Source: Candidatus Levyibacteriota bacterium (lineage in GTDB: Bacteria; Patescibacteriota; Microgenomatia; Levybacterales; UBA12049). Taken from it: 52,462 nt of DNA. Under the pieces are notes generated by a model, which searched no databases, was not told the DNA's origin, and worked only from the letters and a program-made list of their open reading frames with translations. Both the position numbers and the translations under genes were made by a program. The stretch spans positions 1 through 52,462 of the forward strand of contig DAIDHK010000009.1 in assembly GCA_027459725.1 (NCBI GenBank), in the 5' to 3' direction. Numbering within the stretch: position 1 is the first letter of the stretch; each line of letters begins with the position of its first letter. Of the stretch, positions 1 through 12,370 are shown piece by piece.

Positions 1-80
1 TCAAGGCAAAAAAGATGCAGGGCAAACTATGTTTGAAATAGACTAAAACCCCGACCGTAAGGTCGTGGGAAGTTTATCAT
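1..80 (+). mobile_element. Probable 3' end of an IS200/IS605-family element (TnpA C-terminus plus subterminal hairpin), truncated by the window edge
   Basis: Frame from nt 2 reads QGKKDAGQTMFEID* (stop 44-46), resembling IS200 TnpA C-termini as recalled; followed at once by the GC-rich hairpin CCCCGACC-GTAA-GGTCGTGGGG (~49-69). Only 14 codons are visible. Confidence 0.45.
45..71 (-). terminator. Hairpin that can serve as intrinsic terminator for gyrA
   Basis: Minus strand CCCCACGACC-UUAC-GGUCGGGG followed by UUUU, ~30 nt after the gyrA stop; same hairpin as the putative IS end. Confidence 0.4.
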
Positions 81-99
81 CAATATGTCGTTAGGCTAT

Positions 100-2631
100 T
101 TAGACGGATTTTTCAATACAGGTAGCTGAAGCCACTTTTTCAGATTTATCTGAAAAACGCATCAAGATAACACCTTGTGTGTCGCGACCTAGACGTGGAA
201 TAGAATTTAATGCCAATTTTACTACCTGTCCTTTCTTTGAAGTCATGATAATTTCTTCTGTATTCTGAGGAATAATCTGTGCCATCACGACTTTACCAGT
301 TTTATCGGTTACATTTGCTACTTTTACACCCTGTCCTCCCCTACTCTGCCCCCGGAACAAAGCAGCATCAGTTCTTTTACCCAAACCATTTTCCATAATC
401 GTCAACAGCTCTCGTTTTTGTCCAGTTTGGATAATATCCATGCCAACTACTTGATCATTCGTTGCAATCTTAATGCCTCGTACTCCCATAGTTGCACGTC
501 CCATTGGTCGGACTGAACTTTCAGAAAATCTTATAGCTTTTCCTTCACGTGTAACCAACATTACATCATTCTTACCATCAGTTAAATCGCTCCAGGCTAA
601 TTCATCTCCAGCATCTAGTTTGATGGCAATCATTCCTCCCTTGCGGATATTTTCGAATTCTGCAATTTGGGATTTCTTTACCGTACCATGCTTGGTGGTC
701 AGAAAAACATATGTACTACGGTCAGTCTTTCCATAAGTTAAGAATGATTCGACTTTTTCATCAGCAGCAATGTTCAATAAGTTGATAATAGCGGTACCTT
801 TACTTACTCGACTGCTTTCTGTGATTTCATATGCTTTAAGCTGATAGGCTTTGCCTTTATTAGTAAAGAACAAAATATTATCATGGGTTTGAGCATATCT
901 GATATGTGCAATACCATCTTCCTCTTTTGTGGTCATACCTTTTATGCCCTTACCACCTCTTTGCTGAGTTTGAAAACTGTTTAGTGATTGACGTTTAATA
1001 TATCCGGTGTCTGTAATGGTAATTACAGTTGATTCATTGGGAATCAAGTCTTCTTCTGAAAATTCTCCTACTTTGCCTTTATATACCTTTGTGCGTCGCG
1101 GATCGGCAAATTTTTGTTTGAGATTAAGCAACTCATCTTCAATAACATGCAGTATTTTCTTGGAATGAGCCAATAAGTCTTCTAGATAAGCAATAGTTTC
1201 CCTGACTAGTTGCAATTCGTCTTCAATTTTCTGTCGTTCGAGTGCTGCTAGACGTCGCAACTGCATATCTAAAATTGCCGTTGCTTGGATTTCTGTTAAT
1301 TTAAATTTGCTTATTAGATTTTTCTTTGCATCTTCCTGAGTGGCCGATTCGCGGATAGTTTTTATTACGGCATCGATGTTGTCAACAGCGATTTTCAAAC
1401 CTTCTAGAATATGCTCACGAGCTCGGGCTTGTTTTAATTCAAATTCAGAACGACGTCGGATTACTATATAACGATGTTTGAGATATTCTTCGAGAATAGT
1501 CTTTAAATTTAAAGTTTGTGGAGTTCCATTAACTAACGCGACCATATTTACTGGGAAACTTGTTTGTAATGAAGTATGTTTAAATAGATTATTCAACACT
1601 TTTTTTGCAATGGCATCACGTTTTAACTCAATATAAATACGCAACCCACGTCGATCTGACTCATCTCTTAAATCAGAAATACCTTCAATTTTTTTCTCTT
1701 TAGCTAAATCAGCAATTCTGGCAACGAGTTGGGCTTTATTAACCTGGTAAGGGAGTTCAGTGATGATTATGGCTGATTTTCCGTTGCCTATTTCTTCAAT
1801 TTCAGCTTTACCTCGGATCATAATTTTGCCTCGTCCTGTTACATAGGCATTGCGAATTTCATTAATGTCATATATATTACCAGCAGTTGGAAAGTCAGGA
1901 CCTTTAATGAATTGTAAAAGCTCATCAACAGTTACATCTGAAGATAGAGGTACTTTAGACGTATCAGAGGTATCAAATGTCTCAGAATTTTTATTGGATG
2001 TTTCTTCTCCTTCTATCTCGTTTGCAAGATTACTCTTGCCGATAATGTAAACAATTGCATCGATTATTTCACCCAGATTGTGAGGAGGAATTTTTGTTGC
2101 CATACCAACAGCAATACCTTCGGCACCCATTAACAATAAGTTGGGAAGTTTGGCTGGCAAAACAATAGGCTCGTTCAAGCTGGCATCAAAGTTAGGGAGA
2201 AAATCTACTGTCTCTTTATCAATGTCTGTTAATAATTCAGAAGCAATACCAGCCATGCGACATTCTGTATAACGCATAGCAGCGGGCGGATCGCCATCAA
2301 TGGAACCAAAATTTCCTTGACCATCTACAAGTGTATAACGCATGGCAAAATTTTGAGCTAAACGTACTAATGCATCATAGACAGGGATATCTCCATGAGG
2401 ATGATATTTACCCAAAACTTCTCCAACCACAGTGGCACTCTTCTTATATTTTGAACTATGTGTTAAGCCGATTTCATGCATCGCATATAAAATTCTGCGG
2501 TGGACTGGTTTGAGTCCATCGTGTACATCGGGCAATGCGCGTTGTACAATCACAGACATGGCGTAATTCAAATACGCCTTTTTCATCTCTGATGAAATAT
2601 CAATAAGTTTTAGTTTTCCTATGTCAGCCAT
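100..2631 (-). CDS. gyrA: DNA gyrase subunit A
   Basis: [31 protein letters not shown] catalytic Tyr, GyrA box QQRGGKG, C-terminal pinwheel repeats. Confidence 0.98.
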   Translation of the reverse strand: MADIGKLKLIDISSEMKKAYLNYAMSVIVQRALPDVHDGLKPVHRRILYAMHEIGLTHSSKYKKSATVVGEVLGKYHPHGDIPVYDALVRLAQNFAMRYTLVDGQGNFGSIDGDPPAAMRYTECRMAGIASELLTDIDKETVDFLPNFDASLNEPIVLPAKLPNLLLMGAEGIAVGMATKIPPHNLGEIIDAIVYIIGKSNLANEIEGEETSNKNSETFDTSDTSKVPLSSDVTVDELLQFIKGPDFPTAGNIYDINEIRNAYVTGRGKIMIRGKAEIEEIGNGKSAIIITELPYQVNKAQLVARIADLAKEKKIEGISDLRDESDRRGLRIYIELKRDAIAKKVLNNLFKHTSLQTSFPVNMVALVNGTPQTLNLKTILEEYLKHRYIVIRRRSEFELKQARAREHILEGLKIAVDNIDAVIKTIRESATQEDAKKNLISKFKLTEIQATAILDMQLRRLAALERQKIEDELQLVRETIAYLEDLLAHSKKILHVIEDELLNLKQKFADPRRTKVYKGKVGEFSEEDLIPNESTVITITDTGYIKRQSLNSFQTQQRGGKGIKGMTTKEEDGIAHIRYAQTHDNILFFTNKGKAYQLKAYEITESSRVSKGTAIINLLNIAADEKVESFLTYGKTDRSTYVFLTTKHGTVKKSQIAEFENIRKGGMIAIKLDAGDELAWSDLTDGKNDVMLVTREGKAIRFSESSVRPMGRATMGVRGIKIATNDQVVGMDIIQTGQKRELLTIMENGLGKRTDAALFRGQSRGGQGVKVANVTDKTGKVVMAQIIPQNTEEIIMTSKKGQVVKLALNSIPRLGRDTQGVILMRFSDKSEKVASATCIEKSV

Positions 2632-2683
2632 ATGTTTAGTTTAAGTTTTATAAATCAAGAAACTTCATCATGTTAGCTCTTTC

Positions 2684-3226
2684 TTATTTGGAGAAACCTT
2701 CTTTTTTGAAGCGTTCAATACATTCGTGGATGATTTTTTTTGCTTCTTTAACATCCCCCCATCCTAATACCTTAGTTGTTCCTGGTTTTTTTAGGTCTTT
2801 ATAATGAGCAAAATGGAATTCTATTTTTTGTTTCCATCTTGTGCCAAGATCATCTAATGTTTTTATTTGATCACCTGTGTTGCGGTCGTCATCAGGTACA
2901 CAGACGATTTTATAATCCATTTCTCCATCGTCTTCAAAATTAAAAATACCAATGATTTTAGATTTTACTAAGACGCCAGTAGGAATTGGTTCATGACAAA
3001 CAATAAGTACATCTAGTTCATCTCCATCTGTATCTTTCGTAGCAGGTATAAAGCCATAATTTACTGGTTTGGGGAAAACATTTGGTTCTACTCTATCTAA
3101 TATAAATATTCCATGTTCACGTAAATATTCTATTTTAAGCGAAGACCCTTCCGGGATATCAACAATTGCGTTGACCCATCCTTCATCAATATTTCCCGGT
3201 GTAAGTAACTTATTAAAATCTGGCAT
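2684..3226 (-). CDS. ppa: Family I inorganic pyrophosphatase
   Basis: NYGFIPAT, DGDELDVL, DDGEMDYKI and HYKDL motifs. Confidence 0.95.
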   Translation of the reverse strand: MPDFNKLLTPGNIDEGWVNAIVDIPEGSSLKIEYLREHGIFILDRVEPNVFPKPVNYGFIPATKDTDGDELDVLIVCHEPIPTGVLVKSKIIGIFNFEDDGEMDYKIVCVPDDDRNTGDQIKTLDDLGTRWKQKIEFHFAHYKDLKKPGTTKVLGWGDVKEAKKIIHECIERFKKEGFSK

Positions 3227-3282
3227 AGTTTTTCACTTTTTTATTATAGCACAGTAATTTTTAATCTAAAATTACTAAAACA

Positions 3283-5247
<1,965 letters not shown>

Positions 5248-5348
5248 CTAGAGAACCATTATAGCGAGTAATTTTCGCATTTACAAGCCGTTATAGAAGT
5301 TACGAAACTTGATATTATTATAGGTTTACGTTAAAATTACAAATTGAT

Positions 5349-5753
5349 ATGTCAAAAGAAAACGAAATTATTGAAAAAGATGTTGCAGATGATTCTCCCT
5401 TAGGCAGAAGAACATGGAAACATGATTTCTATGCTAGTATTGTTCTACGTGTGCATAATGCGGGTCCATTAGACGAAGGAGTTTCGGAATTTATTCAAAT
5501 AATTGGTGATGAAGGACATCCTAATGACCGATATGTCGCGGCAGACAGATTTAGATTTTTAATATCGCCTGTTGAAGGTGATCCCTATAGGCCTAACAGT
5601 CGTAGGCAAGTAGCTGAGAGTCTAGGTATGAGCATTGGGGCTGTTAGAAGAGCTGAGAGTAGAGTAGTCCGCCTGGCTGCCAATTTATGTGAAGATATGG
5701 ATATTCCTCCTATTCCCCCGCTTCCTCGTACAACAAGACGTGTTCGAGAGTAA
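5349..5753 (+). CDS. Hypothetical protein with sigma-70 region 4-like HTH
   Basis: RFRF...SRRQVAESLGMSIGAVRRAESRVVRL resembles region 4.2; no sigma region 2 seen. Confidence 0.55.
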   Translation: MSKENEIIEKDVADDSPLGRRTWKHDFYASIVLRVHNAGPLDEGVSEFIQIIGDEGHPNDRYVAADRFRFLISPVEGDPYRPNSRRQVAESLGMSIGAVRRAESRVVRLAANLCEDMDIPPIPPLPRTTRRVRE

Positions 5754-6366
5754 GACGAGTGTTGACGTTCGTAGTTTGTAAAAGCTTTAAGCATTTATCT
5801 ATTTTTCTAATCTTCTCAATAAGTTGGAATGGATTATTTTCCTCATGAAGTTTTTGGTGATATGACATTAGTAATTCTTGCAAAAAAGTTATTGCGGTTG
5901 ATTTTTGCCTACTGTACTTCTCGGCGACAACCAGTTTATCACCTATGGATTTAGGAACTTGAATTGAAGTGTTATTAAAATTAGATAGTTCATTCTCTAG
6001 GTATATAATTGAACAGCGGGATTGAAGTGTTGGCAAGATCGAATACAGGTTATTGGACAAGAAGTATATATATGTATTGACTGGGGGTTCTTCTATGACT
6101 TTCAGCAGGGCATTCTGCGCTTCAGGAGTAAGTGCTTGGGCATCTTTAATTATTATTGCCTTATTAGGACTTTGTAAAGGTTTTAAATAAATTTTTTGTA
6201 ATAGTTTTTTTATTTCTGCAATTCCAATTGATGTCGCTGGTTTATCACTCAATTCCAATTCTAAGTTTACCTGATCCAGTCTAGATATTTGTAATTGTTC
6301 TGTTATCTTATTTATTTCTTCTAATGCTTTTTGTCTGTTTGTGCCAACAAATATGTAACTGACCAT
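5710..6366 (-). CDS. holB: DNA polymerase III delta' subunit-like (short form)
   Basis: AQNALLKVIEEPP and ILPTLQSRC clamp-loader motifs; lacks recognisable P-loop/Zn cluster. Confidence 0.85.
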   Translation of the reverse strand: MVSYIFVGTNRQKALEEINKITEQLQISRLDQVNLELELSDKPATSIGIAEIKKLLQKIYLKPLQSPNKAIIIKDAQALTPEAQNALLKVIEEPPVNTYIYFLSNNLYSILPTLQSRCSIIYLENELSNFNNTSIQVPKSIGDKLVVAEKYSRQKSTAITFLQELLMSYHQKLHEENNPFQLIEKIRKIDKCLKLLQTTNVNTRLTLEHVLLYEEAGE

Positions 6367-6493
6367 AAGCGAACTTTATTATACTCCTGTTTAGATATAT
6401 TTGCGGTTGAATGGTTCTATGTCTGTAAAGTTTATTGGTGATATAGTAAGATACTATTGACACTAATTTACAAGCTGATCTAATATTAAGTAT

Positions 6494-7420
6494 ATGGCTA
6501 GAACAAAAGCACATGGGCCGTTAATTTCTCTTTCATTAATGTTAGTATTGGCACTAGTAATAGGGGTTTCAGGTATTGCATATGTTTTTAGTACTAATAT
6601 GCAGATCACAGGTCAAACTCATGCTTCTACTCAAGCGGATTATAAAAATATCACCATTAATTATGCTGTAAAAAAAGGTTGGAATATGTATTCATTCCCT
6701 TTTGCCCTGCCAGCCGGTATTGCTGCTAAAATTGGTAAACCTGTTAATATAATGGCATATGATATCCTTGCCTCAAATCATGTTAACAACAACAGTGGAT
6801 ACAGTGAAATTGAAGGACTAATAGGGAGTCAATGGACTCCTTCGGCTTTACTTGATAATGTAGATCAGATTGGTTATTCGGGTAAAAATTTTCCGTTGGT
6901 TCCAGGTTATGGTTATGCATTTAAATCTGATGTAACAGGTACAATTCAAGTATCAGGTATTTTGGATGAAGCGCCAATAGTAGAAAATTTGGTTGCTGGA
7001 TATAATTTAATTGGAGTTCCGGTAGTGCAACGAGGTACAAGAGCTAGCGACATTATGTATAGTCTCTATCAATCTGGTTTTGATGTTAAGTCTGTCGAAA
7101 TTGATGAGCTTACTGATGGAGCCGGTAATAGTCCTGTTTATACTAAATATACTTTACAAAAGCCCTACTTGAATGATTTTGCTATTTCTAACTCTCAAGG
7201 ATATAGTATATATGTAACAAGTTCGGGCAATTGGAATCAGAATGTAGTTCCTCAACCATGGATTGTTAAGTTGAAGATGTTGCGTGGAATCCCACCAGTC
7301 TCACTTACACCAATTCCATCATATAGATATTTACCAAGACCAACTTGTCAGCCGCTACGAGTTAGGATGAGTAACGGGAATTGGATGATGAGACCCTGCG
7401 AAGGACTTCTAAGTAAATAG
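6494..7420 (+). CDS. Exported/membrane-anchored hypothetical protein with two internal G[WY]N repeats
   Basis: N-terminal hydrophobic helix; units VKKGWNMYSFP...PGYGYAF and LVAGYNLIGVP...SQGYSIY; Pro-rich tail. Confidence 0.75.
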   Translation: MARTKAHGPLISLSLMLVLALVIGVSGIAYVFSTNMQITGQTHASTQADYKNITINYAVKKGWNMYSFPFALPAGIAAKIGKPVNIMAYDILASNHVNNNSGYSEIEGLIGSQWTPSALLDNVDQIGYSGKNFPLVPGYGYAFKSDVTGTIQVSGILDEAPIVENLVAGYNLIGVPVVQRGTRASDIMYSLYQSGFDVKSVEIDELTDGAGNSPVYTKYTLQKPYLNDFAISNSQGYSIYVTSSGNWNQNVVPQPWIVKLKMLRGIPPVSLTPIPSYRYLPRPTCQPLRVRMSNGNWMMRPCEGLLSK

Positions 7421-7462
7421 CGAATTATAGATAACTCTCTCAATTTTTTTTGACAATTTTCA

Positions 7463-7491
7463 TTGACACTAAACTCGAACTCAAGTATCAT
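7463..7491 (+). promoter_or_regulatory. Sigma70-type promoter of pilB-pilT-pilC
   Basis: TTGACA (7463-7468), 17 nt, TATCAT (7486-7491), 7 nt, ATG 7499. Confidence 0.7.
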
Positions 7492-7498
7492 AAATATA

Positions 7499-9292
7499 AT
7501 GCCCGACGTAGTAGCTAATTTTACAAATATAAATCAGGATCAGCCTGTAACAGGGAATCAAGTTAAAGCAATTAATTCCCAATTAAATAGTGACTCGTCA
7601 GATCTACTAAATGTCTTATTGCAAGATGGAGTCATCAATCCTCAGCAGGCTGAGGAAGTCCGAATTAAAAGTCTGTCTACTAATACTCCTGCTGACATAG
7701 TGTTACTTGACAGTCACTTAGCGACCGAAGAAAAAATTTCCGAGGCAAAAGCGAAGTTGTTAGGTATCCCTTTCATTTCTTTGACCAGCACCTCATTTTC
7801 ACCACAGGCTATAAGTTTTTTATCCAGAGCCGTGGTAGAAAAGTTCCACTTAATTCCTTTTTTGTACGAGGAGAAAACTAAAACATTATCTGTGGCGATG
7901 GCCAATCCTATTGATCTGGACGCTGTTTCTTTTATTCGACAAAAAACGGGTTTAAATATAAAAACCTTTGCTTCAGTTCCCTCTGAGGTTGATGGTGCAA
8001 TTGAAGAGCAATACAGACAACAGCTTGTGGGTGAAGTGGGAGAAGCAATTAAAGAATCCGAGCAATATTCTAACAAAAAGACAGTTGATTCCAGTCAAAT
8101 TGCACAGATTATTAAAGAGGCACCGATTGCAAAAATTGTTTCCACTATTCTAGAGTATGCGGTTACAAGCCGTGCTTCTGATGTTCATATAGAACCGTTA
8201 GAAGATCGTTTACGAGTGCGTTACAGAATTGATGGAATTTTATACGACAAGCTTTCTTTACCAAAGAATGTACAGGAATCGTTGATATCACGCATAAAGA
8301 TTCTTTCGGAAATGAAAATTGATGAACATCGTACTCCTCAGGATGGAAGATTTAATTTCAAGACAGGTTCTCAAGAGGTTGATTTGCGTATAAGTACTGT
8401 TCCGACAGTTTGGGGGGAGAAGATTGTTATGCGTCTATTGCGGAAATCTGGAGGTATTCCTACATTACCTGAACTTGGCTTAAGTGGAAGTTCGCTGCGT
8501 AATCTTGAATCAGCTATGATGAAGCCTCATGGTATCGTTTTAGTTTGCGGTCCCACAGGTTCTGGTAAAACTACTACACTTTACTCGGTTTTGGCTAGAT
8601 TGAACAGCACGAGAGTCAATATTATGTCTTTAGAGGATCCGGTCGAGTATCAAATCCCCGGGGTTAATCAGGTACAAATAAATTCTGCTGCGGGTTTAAC
8701 GTTTTCATCAGGTTTGCGTGCATTTTTACGTCAGGATCCCAATATTATTCTTGTCGGTGAAATCCGCGATCAGGAGACAACGGATTTGGCTATGCAGGCT
8801 GCTCTAACGGGTCATTTAGTATTCTCAACTTTACATACTTCCAATGCCGCGGGGGCTTTGCCGCGTTTGACAGATTTAGGGGCTGAGACTTTTCTTTTGG
8901 GGTCAACGATCAATGCGATTATAGGTCAACGTATTGTGCGTAAGATTTGTAATACCTGTAAAGAACAATATACTCCGCCAGTTCAGTTAGTAGAAGAAAT
9001 TAAATCTGTACTGGGAAAATTATATGTGCAGAAAAATAATGAAGTTAAACTCTCCAAAGGTAAAGGATGTGTTCAATGTGGGATGTCAGGATATCTGGGA
9101 AGAATTGGAATATATGAAGTATTGATAGCTACAGATGCGATTATTCGTTTAGTTATGCAAAAGGCTGTAACTTCAGAGGTCGAAGAGCAAGCAATAAAGG
9201 ATGGTATGATTACTATGAAGCAAGACGGATATTTGAAGGTTTTGTCAGGTCTGACAACTATAGAAGAAGTACTTCGTGTTGCGCAAGAGTAG
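7499..9292 (+). CDS. pilB: Type IV pilus assembly ATPase (PilB/GspE family)
   Basis: RASDVHIEP, Walker A GPTGSGKTT, LRQDPNIILVGEIRD, GHLVFSTLH, tetra-Cys motif. Start set to ATG 7499 because the TTG at 7463 is the -35 box. Confidence 0.95.
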   Translation: MPDVVANFTNINQDQPVTGNQVKAINSQLNSDSSDLLNVLLQDGVINPQQAEEVRIKSLSTNTPADIVLLDSHLATEEKISEAKAKLLGIPFISLTSTSFSPQAISFLSRAVVEKFHLIPFLYEEKTKTLSVAMANPIDLDAVSFIRQKTGLNIKTFASVPSEVDGAIEEQYRQQLVGEVGEAIKESEQYSNKKTVDSSQIAQIIKEAPIAKIVSTILEYAVTSRASDVHIEPLEDRLRVRYRIDGILYDKLSLPKNVQESLISRIKILSEMKIDEHRTPQDGRFNFKTGSQEVDLRISTVPTVWGEKIVMRLLRKSGGIPTLPELGLSGSSLRNLESAMMKPHGIVLVCGPTGSGKTTTLYSVLARLNSTRVNIMSLEDPVEYQIPGVNQVQINSAAGLTFSSGLRAFLRQDPNIILVGEIRDQETTDLAMQAALTGHLVFSTLHTSNAAGALPRLTDLGAETFLLGSTINAIIGQRIVRKICNTCKEQYTPPVQLVEEIKSVLGKLYVQKNNEVKLSKGKGCVQCGMSGYLGRIGIYEVLIATDAIIRLVMQKAVTSEVEEQAIKDGMITMKQDGYLKVLSGLTTIEEVLRVAQE

Positions 9293-9315
9293 TATTTATG
9301 GAATAAATAATAAAT

Positions 9316-10383
9316 ATGGAATTAAAAGAATTACTCGAAATTGTTATCAAAGCTAATGCTTCTGATCTACATCTTTTGGTGGATGTGCCTCCTGTTATTC
9401 GTATCGATGGTACATTGAGACATTTAACTAACTACCCTGCCCTTACCTATTCTGATATTGAAACTATGGTGTACTCTGTTTTAACACCCGAGCAAAAGGA
9501 ATTGTTGAATACTAACAAAGAATTAGATTTCTCTTTTGGTTTTGGTGGAGGAGCCTATGGATTATTGGGAAGATTTCGTATCAATGCCTACTTTCAAAGG
9601 GGATATCTATCAGCTGCGTTTAGATTTTTGCCCCCGATGATTAAATCTTTGAAAGATTTAAATCTTCCAAACTCTCTGGAAACTTTTACCAAAATGCGTC
9701 AAGGTTTTGTTTTAGTTGTAGGTCCGACAGGTCAAGGTAAATCAACTACTTTAGCATCATTAATAAACATGATTAATATGCAAAGAGCTTGTCATATCTT
9801 GACAATTGAAGATCCAATTGAATATGTTTATCCCAAAGGTGCAAGTTTGATTTCTCAACGTGAAATTGCTATTGATACTCATTCATGGGCTATGGCTTTG
9901 CGTGCAGCTCTGCGTGAAGATCCGGATGTTGTGTTAATAGGAGAAATGCGTGATCCTGAAACAATGCAGGCAGCTATGACTGTAGCTGAGACTGGTCATT
10001 TAGTATTCGCGACCTTGCATACCAATTCTGCTTCGCAGACTATTGATCGTATTGTAGATTCTTTTTCAGAATATCAACGTACTCAAGTTCGGACTCAATT
10101 AGCTGCAACATTACAGGGTATAGTCTCGCAAAGATTAGTTCCTAGAATTAATAGTGGGCGTGTACCAGCTATTGAGATATTATTCAACACTGATGCAATT
10201 GCGAGTAATATTCGGGAAGGGAAAGCGCATTTAATTGACTCCGTTATTCAGACATCCAGGGATAAGGGTATGGTGACAATGGAAGATTCTCTTGCCAAGT
10301 TAGTCCTGTCGGGAATTGTTACACTGGATGTCGCGAGAGGTTTTGCTCTTCGTCAGGAAGAGCTGGTTAGAATGGTAGGATAA
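9316..10383 (+). CDS. pilT: Type IV pilus retraction ATPase
   Basis: ASDLHL, GPTGQGKSTT, ALREDPDVVLIGEMRD, AIASNIREGK (AIRNLIRE-like). Confidence 0.95.
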   Translation: MELKELLEIVIKANASDLHLLVDVPPVIRIDGTLRHLTNYPALTYSDIETMVYSVLTPEQKELLNTNKELDFSFGFGGGAYGLLGRFRINAYFQRGYLSAAFRFLPPMIKSLKDLNLPNSLETFTKMRQGFVLVVGPTGQGKSTTLASLINMINMQRACHILTIEDPIEYVYPKGASLISQREIAIDTHSWAMALRAALREDPDVVLIGEMRDPETMQAAMTVAETGHLVFATLHTNSASQTIDRIVDSFSEYQRTQVRTQLAATLQGIVSQRLVPRINSGRVPAIEILFNTDAIASNIREGKAHLIDSVIQTSRDKGMVTMEDSLAKLVLSGIVTLDVARGFALRQEELVRMVG

Positions 10384-10387
10384 GTAT

Positions 10388-11593
10388 ATGGAACTCTATT
10401 ATAAGGCGATAAATATAAGAGGAGATGTTGTACATGGCCGTGTGGTAGCCAACGATAAATCAGAAGCTGCAAGATATTTACGCATTCATGATATTTATCC
10501 GATTAAAATTGAAGAAGAAGGGAGAAACCAATTTTCTACTTTCTTGCCTTTTTTCAGTCGAAGCTCTGCGGGAGATTTAATTTTTTTTACGACTCAAATG
10601 TCTTCCATGCTGCAGTCGGGATTATCTCTTATGCAAGCCTTGCAGGTTATGCGGAATCAAACCAGAAATCAGTATATGTCTGAGGTTATACAGGGAATTG
10701 TTAGTGAGGTTCAGGATGGACATTCGTTTGCTCAGGCTCTATCTAATTATCCCAAAATGTTTTCTCCTATCTATGTGTCTATGGTTAGGGCCGGCGAGAA
10801 ATCAGGGCTTCTGGATAAAGTTCTAACTCGTTTGGCAAGCAATTTAGAAAAATCAAAAGAAATCAAAGATGATATTCGTGCAGCGTTAATTTATCCAATT
10901 ATAATTATAATCTTGATGATAGTAGTTATTGGTGTCATGCTTGTTTTTGTTGTTCCACAACTATCTTCTCTTTATACAAGTATGAACTTACAGTTACCAA
11001 TAATGACCCAATTCGTTATTGCCCTATCCAACGGCTTTGTTACGGGGTTACCTGTAATTATTTTAGGTTTCATCTTTGGTGTTTTTTTGTATAGACGCTG
11101 GTATCATACTTCAAGAGGTAGATTGTTAATCGATCAGAATATTATAAAAATTCCTTTGGTTGGAAAACTCATCTCAGAGTCAGTGCTGATTGAGTTTTCA
11201 AGAACATTTGGGTTGTTGGTCGGTACAGGTGGATTAGTTATTGATTCTTTAAAACAGTGTGCTGATACGGTAGGAAATGCATATTATAAAGAGGCTGTAT
11301 TAGATGTATCCAGTAGAGTCGAAAAAGGAGTTAGAATTGGGGACGCTATGGATGCAAATGAAGTTTTCCCCTCTATGCTGGTTGAAATGACTAAAATCGG
11401 TGAGCAGTCGGGTAAATTGGAGGAATCTTTATTGCGCGTATCTGAATATTATGAACGAGAAGTAAGTCATTCGGTTAAGGCTTTGACTTCGGCTATTGAA
11501 CCCATTATTTTAGTGGTATTAGGCGTATCAGTTGGTTTTTTGATTATTTCAATTATTACTCCTATTTACGGGTTGTTGTCCTCTATTCATTAA
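10388..11593 (+). CDS. pilC: Type IV pilus platform protein (PilC/GspF family)
   Basis: Two T2SSF repeats (GEKSGLL / GEQSGKL), ALIYP, IEP, three TM segments. Confidence 0.93.
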   Translation: MELYYKAINIRGDVVHGRVVANDKSEAARYLRIHDIYPIKIEEEGRNQFSTFLPFFSRSSAGDLIFFTTQMSSMLQSGLSLMQALQVMRNQTRNQYMSEVIQGIVSEVQDGHSFAQALSNYPKMFSPIYVSMVRAGEKSGLLDKVLTRLASNLEKSKEIKDDIRAALIYPIIIIILMIVVIGVMLVFVVPQLSSLYTSMNLQLPIMTQFVIALSNGFVTGLPVIILGFIFGVFLYRRWYHTSRGRLLIDQNIIKIPLVGKLISESVLIEFSRTFGLLVGTGGLVIDSLKQCADTVGNAYYKEAVLDVSSRVEKGVRIGDAMDANEVFPSMLVEMTKIGEQSGKLEESLLRVSEYYEREVSHSVKALTSAIEPIILVVLGVSVGFLIISIITPIYGLLSSIH

Positions 11594-11610
11594 TCTTATC
11601 TTATCTTAGT

Positions 11611-12207
11611 TTAAATAAGAGAGTAGTTGGTTATTTTTTTAGCGGATTGACAATAGTATAGAACATAAGGGATCAGACCAATGGTAGCGGAACTTTTGAG
11701 TCTGTCTAGTATATTCACGGAGAGTAAATTATTTATATCTACAAATTTTTCACGTAATTTATATCCTGTTGATTTTCTGTTGGCAAAATCCGCATTTGTA
11801 ATATCGGCAATAAAAATATGATATGGGTTGCGGGAGGTATTAGCATTTTCGTAGGTAGAAGTTAGATAGACGAGGTTTTTACTTTTAATGCCAATTTTAT
11901 TTAGTGAAATACGCTGAGCAGAATCATAAATGTTCTCGTTTTTATTCATAAATCCAGAAATAAATGTATAAACTTGCGATCTTACTCCCATGGCATACCT
12001 CTCGCGGAACATTATTTTTTTTCTATCCAGAATTGGGATAACTACCACATAAGGAGTGACATAAGACATAATTGTATCCACCTCTTCCCCATTCGGCAGA
12101 AGAAAGCTTTCCAGAACTAATTTTTCTTTTTTGTCACTAAAGATTTCAATTTGACGGAATGTTTTTGGCTCCCAGATGGAGTTATTATCCGTCTTTATAG
12201 TCTGCAT
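11611..12207 (-). CDS. Nudix-fold protein (ADP-ribose pyrophosphatase-like) with degenerate Nudix box
   Basis: LPNGEE..., VVVIP, RERY; box reads GFMNKNENIYDSAQRISLNKIGI versus consensus GX5EX7REUXEEXGU. Confidence 0.7.
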   Translation of the reverse strand: MQTIKTDNNSIWEPKTFRQIEIFSDKKEKLVLESFLLPNGEEVDTIMSYVTPYVVVIPILDRKKIMFRERYAMGVRSQVYTFISGFMNKNENIYDSAQRISLNKIGIKSKNLVYLTSTYENANTSRNPYHIFIADITNADFANRKSTGYKLREKFVDINNLLSVNILDRLKSSATIGLIPYVLYYCQSAKKITNYSLI

Positions 12208-12320
12208 GTTATGACTATATTAATTTCAGTACCCTTCGTAAATGACAAAGTTGTCAAGAAAATTGACAAATTTAGCTTAGTTATTAAGTTATTATTGAAA
12301 ACAAATTTTATAACAATTGC

Positions 12321-12336
12321 TATCAAACATTTGATA
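12321..12336. promoter_or_regulatory. Palindromic operator candidate, copy 1
   Basis: TATCAAACATTTGATA just upstream of an extended -10 (TGATATAAT, 12341-12349) for the 12371 regulator; near-identical copy at 14058. Confidence 0.55.
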
Positions 12337-12370
12337 GTGATGATATAATAATCGCAGTTTAATCCAAATT

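Noticed and set aside
1940-2040. Acidic low-complexity insert in GyrA as an intein or intron
   Set aside because: About 30 aa, in frame, with no intein terminal motifs; looks like a surface loop.
7463-7498. TTG start for pilB, and similarly extended starts at 17511, 21359, 22579, 26048, 33744, 46193, 47685 and 51135
   Set aside because: Extensions overlap promoter elements, the terminator or upstream genes; downstream ATGs fit the family N-termini better.
12151-12348. 65-aa ORF in the Nudix/XRE divergent region
   Set aside because: TTG start, overlaps the Nudix gene and the promoter/operator elements; no motif.
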